This document shows, one piece after another, positions 38,122 through 49,930 of a stretch of DNA of 64,000 bases (the stretch's first letter is position 1; each line of letters opens with the position of its first letter). This DNA comes from Lama guanicoe (Eukaryota). The stretch covers positions 744,001 to 808,000 of the forward strand of contig MU053431.1 of NCBI GenBank assembly GCA_013239625.1, read 5' to 3'. The position numbers were made by a program, and so were the translations under genes. The notes below the pieces were generated by a model. It had not been told where the DNA came from. It did not search any database and was given only the letters and a program-made list of their open reading frames with translations.

Positions 38122-40309
38122 GTAAGTTGCAGCCACCCGCCCCGGCCTTTCGGAAGCCCGGGAAGCGCGGGGCCGCCCCCGGAGCTGGCAGGGCGCGCAC
38201 TCGCCCGGCGGGGCTCTCCGGGGCTGCCCCCGCCGCGCGCACCGCTGCATCCAGCCGGCTCCCGCGCTCCGCGAAGCCGCCTGCGGTCGGCAGAAGCGCA
38301 GAGCCGCCGGCTTAGCGGGGAGCGGCGGTGCGGAGAGAGGTGGGAGTGTGGGTGGAGGATGCAGGGAGATCTGCCCGAGGCGGGACTCGCTGAGCATCCC
38401 TCAGCCGCCCTAGGTCCGCGGCCGCTGCCCGGAGCTCGGCTCGCCCGCGCCAGGACAGGCTGCCCGCTAGCGGAGCCGGCGCGCCCTCCATCGCCCGCTC
38501 GCCGCGCTCCTCCGGAGTTGGCGAGCCCAGCCCGGGTTGGGGCTGCAAACGAGGGGAGCTGGCGGCAGCGGACTGGACATCAGGGTGCTGGGGACAACCT
38601 GTCTGGCCTCCGCTGCTAGGGGCTGAGTGCTCCTGAAGCGGCGCCCCCTCCATCCGTGTCCTCTGTGTGCTGGCTGGGACGCCGCTGCGGGTGGGCAGTG
38701 AATATGGACCGCGGGGCACCCTCGCCGCCTACTCCCCGAGGCGTAGGCTGCAGCCGGTGTCCAGCGGGGCCCTCGGCGCGCGGAGCGGGGCCGGGGAGCC
38801 AGGCGCCAGGCAGGCGCAGGGTGAGGTGCAGCCGAGAGCGCGATCCGGGCGCCCGCATTCTTCCTGCGGAGCCCCGCGAGCTCGGTCCCCTGCCCTGCTC
38901 TGAGCCCGCTGGGTGCAGGGCCGAGGGGCAGCGTGAGGGCTGCTCCCGGGGGCGCCCCTGGAGGAAGGCGGAGGGGCGGCGAGAGTTGCAGGAACCCCCT
39001 CTCGTGGCCGATCGGCCTCGCTGCTCTTCCCGGGCCGCGCTGTTGTAACCTCGGAAATAAACAAGTGCCGCGGCCAGAGGCCCGCTCTGAGGACGCGGGG
39101 CGCTCCGGTGCGCTCGACCCACGCCCGGGGCGGGTGGAAACTTTCCTTGGCGAGTTAGCTTCCCCCGGGCTTCGGTCCTATTTGGAGCTTCGCTCCCGGG
39201 GCACGGAACCGCAGCTTGGAGCTTTATCCTAGGAATGACCCCGCGCCCTGCTCTTCCTCCCCGCGGTGCTTTTTGGTGGGGGAGCCACGTCTGGGCCGGC
39301 GTCAGGGTGCCGGGAGCTCCAGGCTGGGGCGGCCTCCGGAGCCGGAGACGAAGGCAGGCGGGCGGCGGCGCGCTGAGCTGGAGGAGGCGGGCGGCAGCGT
39401 GGAAGCGCGTTCCGCTCGGCAGCCCCGCGAAGGCGCGACTGCAGGGTGCGGGCTGCGCCCCTTCTCCCTGTGATCGCCTGGGAGCGGAGCCGTCTTGCTC
39501 CCTCTCCTGTCTTGCGGCTGGCTTCCTTGTTGCAAATGCAGTCTCTCCCTCCACTCCCCATCCCTGCACGGTGGACCTGCAGCCTGGGAGGGGGCCCTTG
39601 GCCCACCTCCCCCCTTCCCTGCCCTCCTGGTGCCCAGAGCTCTAGACCTCCCACTGGGCAGGAAAGCCCAGCGTGCTCTGGAGGACAGGACAGGAGGACA
39701 CCCACCTTTCCCCGTCAGTCAGGGGAGCTCTCTGGCCTGGTTAGGCTGGAGATGGGGGCTCCAAGAAGTGGAGGAAGAGGACTGGAGGGTGGAAACCTCC
39801 CCTGCCTTCCTGCAGCCTCCCTCAGAGCAGAGCTCGGAGCTGAGTCTCCGAGAACCTGACTTCTTGCTCTGCCCCTCTCCTTCCTCCCTGACCACCACAG
39901 GGAGGAGCAGCCTCCTGGTCCACCCCACCCAGCGCCCGGGCACTGGGGCAGAGGTGAAATGGCCCCTCGCAGGAGCCTGCTGCCTTGGCCTCCCCTCCTC
40001 CTCGTCTCCACTGGCTAAGCCCTGGCCCTCCTGCCTCCCCCTGGACAGTCCTCAGACCTTCCTTTCCTCCATGTGTCAAGGCCCTCAGCCTTGTAGTCAG
40101 CTGGCCTGTCCCCTCTGCAGCACCTCCCCCCCTTCAGGAGGACATGGAGACCACGGGGGCGGACCCTGGGTTACGTCTGGGTGGGGCTGTGGCTGATGGA
40201 AGTTTGTCATAGCCTGAGACCTTGCAAGCAACAGGCCCTGCTTAATTTTGGCTGGATGAAATTTCTGTGAACTTTTGTTTGTCCTAACTTCTTTTCATTC
40301 CGTTCTCAG
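38122..40309 (+). other. CDH4: CDH4 intron 1 (2188 bp, GT-AG, phase 0)
   Basis: GTAAGT at 38122 and TTCTCAG ending at 40309, between the two recognised exons. Confidence 0.93.
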
Positions 40310-40421
40310 GCCCACAATGGGGATCTTACAGCCAGGGAGACCTGCAAGGCGGGATTCTCTGAAGAAGATTACACAGCGTTAATCTCCCAGAATATTCTGG
40401 AAGGAGAGAAGGTCCTCAAAG
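40310..40421 (+). CDS. CDH4: Cadherin-4 exon 2 (start of prodomain)
   Basis: Branch-like CTAAC at ~40284, pyrimidine tract and CAG acceptor ending 40309. The 112-nt exon translates [37 protein letters not shown] plus 1 nt, then GTAAGG donor. Closely matches recalled human CDH4 [38 protein letters not shown] and joins exon 1 in frame. Confidence 0.97.
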
Positions 40422-41510
40422 GTAAGGCAGACGTGGAGATGAAATGGCATTCCGTGCTTTGGATTAGGGAAGCATGGCCACCCATGGAAAAAGAGGCTGG
40501 GCTGGCTCTGAGCCAGGCTCTTTGCAAAATGATGGCCCAGGGGTCAAGGGAGGTAGAGACTGGTCGACCTCATGGCCTTTTGCATCCCAGGTGAATGATT
40601 CAGAGTCCTTGTCATTTTCTGAGTGAGGTGAATCATTTCCTGGGCAACAAATTGGAATTCGGATGCAGCATCACCCAAATAGTGTGCAGAGAGAGACTTT
40701 CTTACCAAGTATTTTTGTGTATGAAATTCTGGGTTCTTAAATTATGCCTGCTTTGAAATGGATGATAAAGCAGACGATGTTGTTGGGAATGCGGTAAATA
40801 AGCCCACAGACGTTCTGTTCACAAATGTGGCGTTCGTTTTCATCCCCGTCCCACTGACAACACGGAAACACACATGCAGGGGGAACTACCCGTTGGCTCT
40901 GCCGTAGCTGCCGGGTGATATCCACGCCTGTGATGGGGAAGTCACTGACAGCTTCAAAGCCCAAAGGACAAGAGACCACTCTGCAAGTTGATCAGTCTCC
41001 CTTTCAAGACAAACTCATTACACTTTGGGTTTGCACGGGAGGGGAAATGCATCACCTCCTTCTTCCTTGAGATTTCAAAGTGGCACCTCAAGTAGCTCGA
41101 CCACCTGGGCCACGTGCCTTCCATCCCCCACCAGTTTCCCAGAAGCCACTGCGTTTAACCGATTTCAAAGCAATGGAGGGAACAAACTTTCGCAAAGCAT
41201 CAAAGCCACATCTCGGTCTCACGACCAAGCCGTCCTCAGGCCACTGGCTTTACCCCCAGACTTCTGCTTTAGGAAATAGTTTTCCCTTAAGCTCTGACAA
41301 CAGATCCTTCATGGGGGTGGGGGCACACTCACACGGGGGGGGTCTTTCAGACCCTCTCCTGGAGACAGCTTGTTGACTGACTGTGTGCGACTAATTATAC
41401 GAATCAGGGTCTTATTTCGCACCAAGTCCAACTTTTCCTACTTATTTGTTGTCCCCTGAGTTGACTGTCAAAATAGAGGTTTGCTACTATTGACTCTTTC
41501 ATTGATTATC

Positions 41511-41546
41511 AAAACAAAACAAAAACAAAAACAAAAACAAAAAATA
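41511..41546. repeat. (AAAAC/AAAAAC)n microsatellite
   Basis: aaaacaaaacaaaaacaaaaacaaaaacaaaaaata. Confidence 0.9.
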
Positions 41547-43594
41547 ACCCGTGAGCAGCTGGCCTAGAGGCAGGATGGCTTTGCTTTATGAGTGGGCGGA
41601 TATGGGAAGAGCTTTCAAGAGATGCTCTGTTCACTGCACGGTGTGTGTCATTTTAGAGTTAGAAAGCGTAGACCGTCTTTCAGGATCTGCAGGTTTATGA
41701 GAGCTCCTGTGTGCTCAGGAGAAGGCCCGGAAGATTCTCGCAGGCTCAGGGCGTTGTACTGCCGTTTGCGCATCCGGAGGCTGGCATCCTTGCCACCTCC
41801 CTCTGCAGCAGAACCTGATAAGATCTTGGAGGACCAGGCTTACTCAGAAATTGAAGAAAAAGTGCCTCTGTTTTCATAACGGCAAATGCCACCTACTGCG
41901 GAAGAGAATGACAGCTGCTCATGCTTTTCACAGTTAAGTGTGAGGCTTCTGACTAGCGTCTCCCCCTCTCCTGGTGGGCCGTGGGGGTCCGGGCTGAACC
42001 GCCCTCTGCTCTTGGCCCGTGTTGGGTGGGGGGAGCATTGATCTCTGGCTGGATGCTGATCTGCCCCACATACCCACGTGGTTTTCACCTGGTGGAGGAC
42101 AAAAAGTCCGTCATCGTGGGTGAACTTGAACCAGCTCATGGGCTTTGTGGACGCGAGACTCATATTCTAAGCACTTAACTTACACCCGAGATGAAGCCCA
42201 GCCGAACCCTGGTGAAGGGGAAAATCGCAGAATATCTCCCTCCCCCGTGTGTGCCACCTCCTCGCCTTTCTCAGGGATGGAGCTGTTTTTTTATCTTAGA
42301 AACAATTTTACACATCTGGAGGCAAAAGCCAACACTGACATACACTCGAACCAGGGCAGATAAAAATCTATTTGTGCAGAAAACTTTGCGAAGCACAAGA
42401 CCACAGTCAAGATGGGTGTGTCAAAAAGAAATGAGTGGCAGAATACTTCTGTTCTTCTGGTAGAAATCAGCTTAGATAGTGAATGACTACTCATAATTGA
42501 GTTATTCCAACGGAGAGAGCTGAACCTTAATTTGACAAGCAGAGCTTCACAGAGTCCCCGTTTTATTCCAAGTGCGCCGTAAGACACTAACGACTGCCTT
42601 GTGGCTCCTTCTCTGCCTGAGTCAGTTCACAGGCAGCCCCAAACATCCAGATTCCAGAAGGAGAGACTTGTTACACCGTAATTAACTTGTTTATGATAAA
42701 TGGATGGAAGAAATGTCGTGGCATTTTGTTTTATGTCTAAATGAAAAGCGTGTGCATTCTAGAAATTTCATGCTAATTAGGCTTAAAATAGTCTCCCCCG
42801 ATAGGGTAGCAAATACTGTGGCGAACCTTCTGAATGGCGGAGCCACTGTGGGCCGCAGCGCGGGGCGTTTGTGCAGCTGATGCGTCGTTCCGAGGACACC
42901 CTGCGTGTTGTGTTTCCTGTCCGCGCACTTTCTGGCGAGCACTCGAACATAATTGCATACACTCTCACGCTGTAGTTTTGTTTTCAGGATAAATCACCGA
43001 TGGCCATGATCACTGGTGCATGGTAATGTCTGAAATAGGATGGTTAAGCCGTTTTCCTTAGGCTAAAACGGAGCGTTCTCTACACCATAGTTTAGCGTGG
43101 GGTAGTGGCTGAGTGGTGTCTTTTTCTCTGCTTTGTAAATAATTAACAGTCAGCCCGGCCCAAGGCTGCCTCTGATGCTGATGCACTGATCTGTTCTCTC
43201 CTGGCGGGCACAGCTCTGCCAAAGCCCAGACCAGCTTGGAGGCAAAACCCCACAAGGGTGGGAGAGTGAGGGGTGTCCTGGTGGGAGCTCTTACCTGCCC
43301 TCGCTCCTGGAGCAGAGGGTGACGAGTGAGCGGAAATGTCTGCTGGGGCAGGAGGATGTGGGGTCTGGACATGGCCCGATGAATTCGGACACTGAAGAAA
43401 GAGGAGCTTTGCTTCTGATGACTTCATTTAAAGAGACTGCCTCAGAAAAGCCTTCCCTCTCACGGTGAGTTTAGGGCCATTTTTTGCCCTTAACCACACT
43501 CTGATTCCTCACTGGAGAATTTATATTTTCTGGTCAGTCATCTGTCTTACTTAAACTGCAAGATTCATGAGGCCAGCAGCTCTGTCACTCGGTT

Positions 43595-44130
43595 TAACAT
43601 TTAGAATGTTCTTGGCCAGTAGGACGAAACTCAATTAACAGGCTCTTAAATGAATGGGGGCTTAATTTGCCTCACATAACAGTGAAGAGATAGGTGGTTG
43701 AGGGCTGCAGCAGGAGACAAGCGGCAGCATTTCATGCCTAAATTTCATTCTTATCATTCTACCATCTTTAGTTTGTCAGTTTATTGCCTCATCATTGCAG
43801 ACTGGCTGCTGTGGCTCCAGGCATTGCATTTGAGTTCATAGCAAGCAAGAAAAAGGAGGGAGTGGTAGCACCCTCTGCATCTCTTCCTTGTATCAGGAAT
43901 GCAAATGCTTTCTCAGAATCCTTGCAGAAGTTCTCATGGGGAGAACTGGGTCAAATACCACTCCCAGTGGGAAGAGGTAGGGGGAGGGGATGAGGCTGGG
44001 AAGCAGAGAATTGCATAGTCATGTCTGACTTAGGCCTATTATGATCCATCACCCAGCAGATGAGAAAATTGCTACTTGGAACAGAATTGAGAGTCTGTTT
44101 TAGGAAGGAAGAAGGGAGGAGTGAGTCCCA
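43595..44130 (-). mobile_element. Old MaLR LTR (MLT1J/K/L-like)
   Basis: ctcacataacag, gactggctgctgtggctccaggcattgcat, gaactgggtcaaataccactccc and gaggctgggaagcagagaatt. Confidence 0.65.
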
Positions 44131-44674
44131 AGGAGGCAAGCATTGGTGTTTGCCTCGTAGGGTTTCCCCAGCTTCCAGCAGCCCAGCTGAAGCAGAGTAA
44201 CAGGCAATGCATTGTTGAGCGAATGGCTCATCTGCCACCAAGGCACACAGAGAGGAATGATTGAGGAGACGCCCAATGCACCCAGGTGTCTGGAATCAGC
44301 ATCTAAGAATTTGCCACAAAGTAATGAGTGTGGCCAGAAGTCATGATCTTGTCTTTACAAGTATGTTGCAAATAGCCTCTTTACCCTCTGTGAAGACGAT
44401 AACTCTTGCCAGGATGGGAGGCATTGCTGGATGCATGGACCAGATGCCAACCAAGTCTGACTGCTCACCCAACACCCAGTGCCATACCTGTCTCGTGGGG
44501 TGGTGGGGGTGCAACCAGTATTGTCAACTGAAGTCATGAATGAGCCAGAAAACACTGACACCGGGATGTTTCTGAGCCCCCTCAGTCAACTCGCAGAGGA
44601 GCTGGAGCTGCTGTGAATGTTCAAATAAATGGCACTAATGACAAACCTGCCAGGTGTGCTGAGAACTGCTGGAC

Positions 44675-45150
44675 ACTGCAAGTTACTTGTCCAATATCCA
44701 CTCTCTCCCTCTTCCCTACTAACAAAACCTCTTCTGTCCCGATCCACTTGGCTCATACTGAGGCCTGTTTAAGATACTCCCACCTCTAGTAGACTCTTAC
44801 ACCAACGTGGCAATATGGCCCCTTTCTGGTCAGCGGGATCTAACTAGGTTATTCTATTAGATGAGACTTCTAGGAAAGCTTTGTTTTCATTGATAAAGAG
44901 GAGCTGACTCAGCTGGCCATGCCTTCTGCCTTTTGCCCTTACCTTTTCCTCCTGCCTGGAATGTGGGTGTGATGTCTGGGGCTGAGCAGCCATCTTCTGA
45001 CCATGAGGATGGTGGAGCAGGAACTGGATTCCAGGAATCCTTGAACAACTGCAGACCTCTGGATTCATTGTCCCCTAAGAGGTGAGAAAAATAAGGTTAA
45101 AATACCACAGTTGAGTTCCTTGTGGCATGTAGCCAAATGCAATCCCTGCC
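44675..45150 (+). mobile_element. MaLR LTR (MLT1J-like)
   Basis: cttctaggaaagctttgttttc, cctgcctggaatgtgggtgtgatgtctggggctgagcagccatcttctgaccatgagg and terminal tgtagccaaatgcaatccc. Confidence 0.75.
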
Positions 45151-47295
45151 TTAGGGAAAGCAAGAGCTGTGCACGCTAGCAGGTACCTGTCCATCCCTCT
45201 GAAAGCTCAGAGCATGTTTTATACTCTGTCCTGAGCCTCTGCCCATCCTTTGTTCCCTGGGCCTTGGCCTTACTCTTGCTTTAATAAACTAGTATCCATG
45301 TAGTATCCATGTATCCATCCTTTGTAAATTAGTATCCATGTCCAGCCCGCTGGATTGCAGAGACCACATCTGGTCACTGGGTAATATTTGTTGAGCAGAG
45401 GGAATGAATACTCACCACCACAGACTCTCTTTGGCCAGGATATGGCTGAATCATTAAAAATATTAAGTTCATGCTGTCTATTCAATCCACCCATCGCCGG
45501 GTGTGAGCTCTCTGCTGGCTGTCTTAGCCCCCCCTTCCAGGAGCCAGGGGATTATGCACTGGGAATGTGGGTTTCAACAAAGAAGTGGAGGTGCAGAACT
45601 CGGGCCCCAGCGGGGGGCTTTGATCAGCTCTAAGCCAGGACTCCCTTCTCTTGAAGCCTGAGGAAGCTTCCTTTGAGCACCCAGACCTCCACTGCCTTCT
45701 CTTGGGGGTGTCTCAGGGTCCCCTGAGAAGGAGCATCCAGAGCCCGTGGTGAAGATGTGGTGGAGACGCAGTGCCCCTCTGACTGTCGTTGGGGGCAGTC
45801 CTGCCTTTTCAGGGGCCAGCGTTGTCTGGGGCTTCCCAGCATCCTTTCCCTGCTGTAATTTTGCCTGGTCCCAGAGTCAAGAGGTTTAGAAAGGGAAGTT
45901 TATACACTTAGAAAGTGACTTCTATCAGATAAGAGGTAAGACTCCCGGTGACAGAGCACGAAAAGCCTGCTTTATGCGCTGCCCACAGGCCAAGCTCGTG
46001 CAGATGGAGGGCCCTGATAGCCGCGTTAAAAACCAAAAGGAGGCCGGGACTGCGGCCCCTGGCGCTCAGCCACTGCTGCCTGCTGCGGGCCTGAGCCTCT
46101 GTTTCCACTGCGGCACTCACCCACCCCACCTCCCCGCAGCTGAGAGGGAGGTGCTCATGCCTGGCCGTCCACACTGGGGCCCGAGGGCGATGGATCACTG
46201 GCCTCTCTAACCTCCGGCCGCTCTAACCACCCGGCAGTGACTAGAAATCCTCATTGCAGAAGATGCACACGCCAGTTAGACGTGAGGGTGACGGGCTCAT
46301 CCGTGCTGCAGCTTAAAGATTAAGATTTTTGCATTTCAGAAATATATATTTTAATGGAGTCTTAAGATGAGGAAGTGTGCAACTTTGTGTAATTGTAACA
46401 CTGAGTTCCGGCCAGACTCTGCCAGCAGGCCCTGCGCACGCCTCGCGTAATCCTAACTGAAGCCTGTCTGGGGAGGTAACATTGTTGCCGTTCTGTGGAT
46501 CAGAAACCGATGTGGTTTTGGAGGTTGAGGGATTGGCCTCAATGCACGCAGTTCACTCTGTTTCCCCTCTTTGTCCAGACCCAGGTGGTCAGCTCACTGA
46601 TGGCTGCTGGTCATGTGAATGGAGTTGGTTTCTAGAGCGCTCGAGTTGTGTGCAGACAGAAGGACACCCAGGTGTCCGGGGCAGCGCCATAAACTCGGCA
46701 GTCCTCAGGCACTCACACGTGCAGCTTCTCACCTCGGACGTTTGCACTGAACAGAGGCCCAGCGTATCCAGGAGGGCTCAACGGCAGTCGCCGGCCTATG
46801 AGGGCCCATTTGAAGTGGGTCCAGACCCGGTGGACACCTTGGGTTTGCAAAACTGCGCCTGGGATTAGAACAATGCCAACAGGAGTGCTGCCAGCAGGAG
46901 CCTTCAGTTCTAGGCATAGCAAACAAACGGTCCCCGAGCGGCACTCTCACACGACCTTCAGACTCTGCCCTGGCTGGGGGACACGGCAAAGGGAGAGGCG
47001 CGAGGAGTCCAGCCGTCCTGGGAACCTGGGACACGTCGGAGGGGAGCTGGGTTGAGGCACGTAGGCCACTCCCACTGGGGTACAGAGCCTAGGGGACGTC
47101 GATGAGGCTCATGATGAGGGGGCCTGGAAAAGCTGATGACACTGGTCTAAAGGAGGCCGCCCACCTGCCCAGGCCGGCTTCCCGGCACCGTCTTCCTGGG
47201 GGATGTCCATCTGCAGGGGTCCTTCTGCCTGGGTCTGGGGTCCCCGTGTTTGCAGGGTCCTCTGAGCCTAGAGTGTCAGGTGCTTCTTTCCTTTC

Positions 47296-47301
<6 letters not shown>

Positions 47302-47332
<31 letters not shown>
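47302..47332. repeat. (TC)n microsatellite, about 15 units
   Basis: Perfect tctctc run, read directly. Confidence 0.95.
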
Positions 47333-47335
<3 letters not shown>

Positions 47336-47999
47336 CTTTCCTTTGGAGCATGGCTAAGTACCGACCACAAACGGAGAGTGGGTGCGGAAGCCAGTGCCCA
47401 TCTCTTCCAAGAACGTCCCTCTCATTCTGACTTTCTGAAGAAACAGTTCTTACTCCTGAGTGAATCCCACTCTGCACAACCCTGAGTGAGCTCCTTTCTG
47501 CGAAGAGTGACGAAGTCCTCCCCGGGGTGCTCTTGTAAAACCTCACAGTACTTGCTTTTTCTTTGAATCTTCCGAGGGGACTGTGGTATGTTGTAAGATG
47601 GGCCAGTAAAAGCATTCACTTTATGTTTAGACTCAAAATTTTGGTGACTTTTTGCCTGGGCTCTAGGCTGACCTCTCCTGGTGGCCTCTGGTACTGACTC
47701 AGGTTGCCTCCCCCAACCCCCACCTCTTTCTTAAAGGAAAGAGAACAAACCAGAACAAAACCACACTTAATTAGCTCTGCCCAGTGTGTGCTACCAAAGG
47801 CCACTTCCCTTGCAGCCTCCATCTGGGCACGCTGGAGTCTTCTGAGGACCTGGCACACGCCAATGGGCTCACACTTAACGTGCGCTCAGGGCACTTAGAG
47901 GCCACACCCCCGTCACCCGGTTGTGTGGAGGTCTGTCCATAGGACGGTCCGCCTGCCACACTGCCTTTTCCAAGGAGGGGTTTGCTTAGATTAAGGATG

Positions 48000-48420
48000 G
48001 CATTCGTCCCTTAGTGTGGCACAAGCGACTCGTAAATGCAGCGGCTTAAATGACACAAAGTCACTAGCTTGCTGTTCTGGACGTCAGGACCCAGTGCGGG
48101 TCCCCGGGGCTACAGTCCAGGTGTGGGCAGGCTGGTTCCTCCTGGAGGCTCCGTCTCCCGCCTTTGCAGCTTCTGGAGGCCTCACTGCTTTCCTTGGCTC
48201 GTGGCCCCTTCCTCTGTCTTCACGCCAGCACTGGCCTCCCCCTCCCGTGCCGTCCTCCACAGTCACATCACCTTCCCTGACCGTCCCTTCTGCTCATAAG
48301 GACCTGTGCCGGCACTGGGCCCCTGGATAGTCCAGGCCCACCTCCCATCTCACGTCCTGAACTTGAGCACATCTGTGGAGGCCCTTGGCCACGAAGGGGA
48401 CCTCCAACAGGCCCACATGG
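48000..48420 (-). mobile_element. MaLR LTR (MLT1C/D-like)
   Basis: gcggcttaaatgacacaaa, gcaggctggttcctcctggaggctcc, cagcttctggaggc...ttccttggctcgtggcccc and ataaggacc...tgggccc...ggatagtccagg. Confidence 0.8.
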
Positions 48421-49503
48421 TGGCAGACGGTGCCCAGTGTGCTTGGCGTTCCTGGCTGCCACGTGCTGAGGGCCTGCTGTGTCTCGGGCACCGTGTCCTG
48501 TCCTTCACTCGGCTCCCGTGGGCCCTCAGCAGTTCAGGTGTGCCCCCCACTTCACAGTGGAGGGGACGGAGGCCCAGATGTGAGTCACAGGTCAGGAAGG
48601 CCTACTTGCCACCCTTAACGGGGCTGCCATCCCATTTGCCTCATTCCGGGAGCTCCTCTGTCTGCGGTTAGGACTCTGGTTGGCAGCTTCTTCCTGGGTC
48701 CTGAGATGGGGGTTTGCCCTTTGGGGACTGAAGGGGGAACTGTGGCTGCGAGGCCGGAATCAGCTACCGACTGCGCTGCTCTAACTGCGCCTTATTTGGC
48801 TTCACCGCGTTTCTTGCCGACAGCGTGTGGGGATTTAGGAAGGATTAAGGTAAGCCGCCAGTGACAGATAAATATCCCGGGGCGGGAGAGTGCTGCCCCC
48901 CGCCGCGCCAGTGGGAGGACGGTCCTGCGCAGCAGTTTACCTGCCCTGGGGCGGCTCCAAGAAGCCGCAGGTGCTGAGAGGAGCATTCTCTGCCTGGACA
49001 GGTGCATTTTCCATTTGCAATACAGTTTAATTAAGTCCCAGCTGGTGGGGGGACCCCATGTCTGTCCAGGAAGGGCGCCCCCACTCTCCTTGTCTTTGGG
49101 TCAGATGGAGATGCTGCGCGCCTCCCGGGCCCCCATTCAGGAGCTTGCGGTGCACCTGTGTTTGTGCATCTGACTTGGAGAGGTGTTGGACTTTCATCTT
49201 GCACTGGCTTTTGCAGCCCAAATGTGAATTTGAACACCATCAGTGTTGATCTGCCTGGAAAACCTCAGTGGGCAGGGGTGCTGAGTGTGCCATCCAGCCT
49301 TCTCCTTCCAAGGGGCGGGGGGAGAAGCACAGGCTGAGATGCAGGACGGGGCGGGGGCTCCTGGCTGGGGCAGGGAGCACTCGTGAGCGGAGGGGCTTCT
49401 CTGGGCCTCGGTTTCCTTGTCTGCAGAGCAAAGGGGCAGGATGACCAAGTGTGGTCCAGGAACTGCCGGCCCCAGGGACACGGCTAAACCCTCCCACACC
49501 CTC

Positions 49504-49930
49504 TGCAGTGGCTTGGACGGTGGCCCCAAAAGGTACGTCAGCCCAGAACCTGTACCTGTGGCCAACTTTGGAGAAAGGGTCTTTGTGGGTTTCACAGAGT
49601 TAAGGATCTCGAGTTGAGACTATCCTGGCTTATCCAGTGGGCCCTATATCCAATAATGGATGTCCTTACATGAGGCAGAAGAGGAGACTCAGCCACGTGA
49701 CCATGGAGGCTGGGCCTGGAGTGGTGAGGCCACAACCCACGGATGCCTGGGGCCCCCAGGAGCTGGAAGAGGCTGACAGGACCCTCTCCTGGAGCCTCTG
49801 GAGGGTGCGCAGCCCTGCTGACACCTGGATTTCAGACTTCTGGCTCCAGAGCTTCCAGAAAGTGAATTTTTGTTATTTTAAGCCACTAAGTTTGTGGTCA
49901 TTTGTCACAGCAGCCCCAGGACACTCAAGT
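49504..49930 (+). mobile_element. MaLR LTR (MLT1B/C-like), near full length
   Basis: ggtggccccaaaag, tttggagaaagggtctttg, ggagcctctggagggtgcgcagccctgctgacacctggatttcagacttctggctccaga and tgttattttaagccactaagtttgtggtcatttgtcacagcagcc. Confidence 0.9.

Larger units (their letters stand above)
37770..39500. promoter_or_regulatory. CpG island covering the CDH4 promoter, exon 1 and proximal intron 1
   Basis: Visibly very high G+C with dense CG and GCGC dinucleotides from ~37790 to ~39490, compared with the flanks. Confidence 0.93.

Noticed and set aside
37450-39859. Long overlapping ORFs (315 aa and 317 aa on the minus strand, 178-181 aa on the plus strand) across the CpG island
   Set aside because: Ala/Arg/Pro/Gly-rich products expected from stop-poor GC-rich DNA. 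Only the LLVLLSLSGALR stretch is real (CDH4 exon 1), and ORF 38083-38619 reads through the donor into intron 1.
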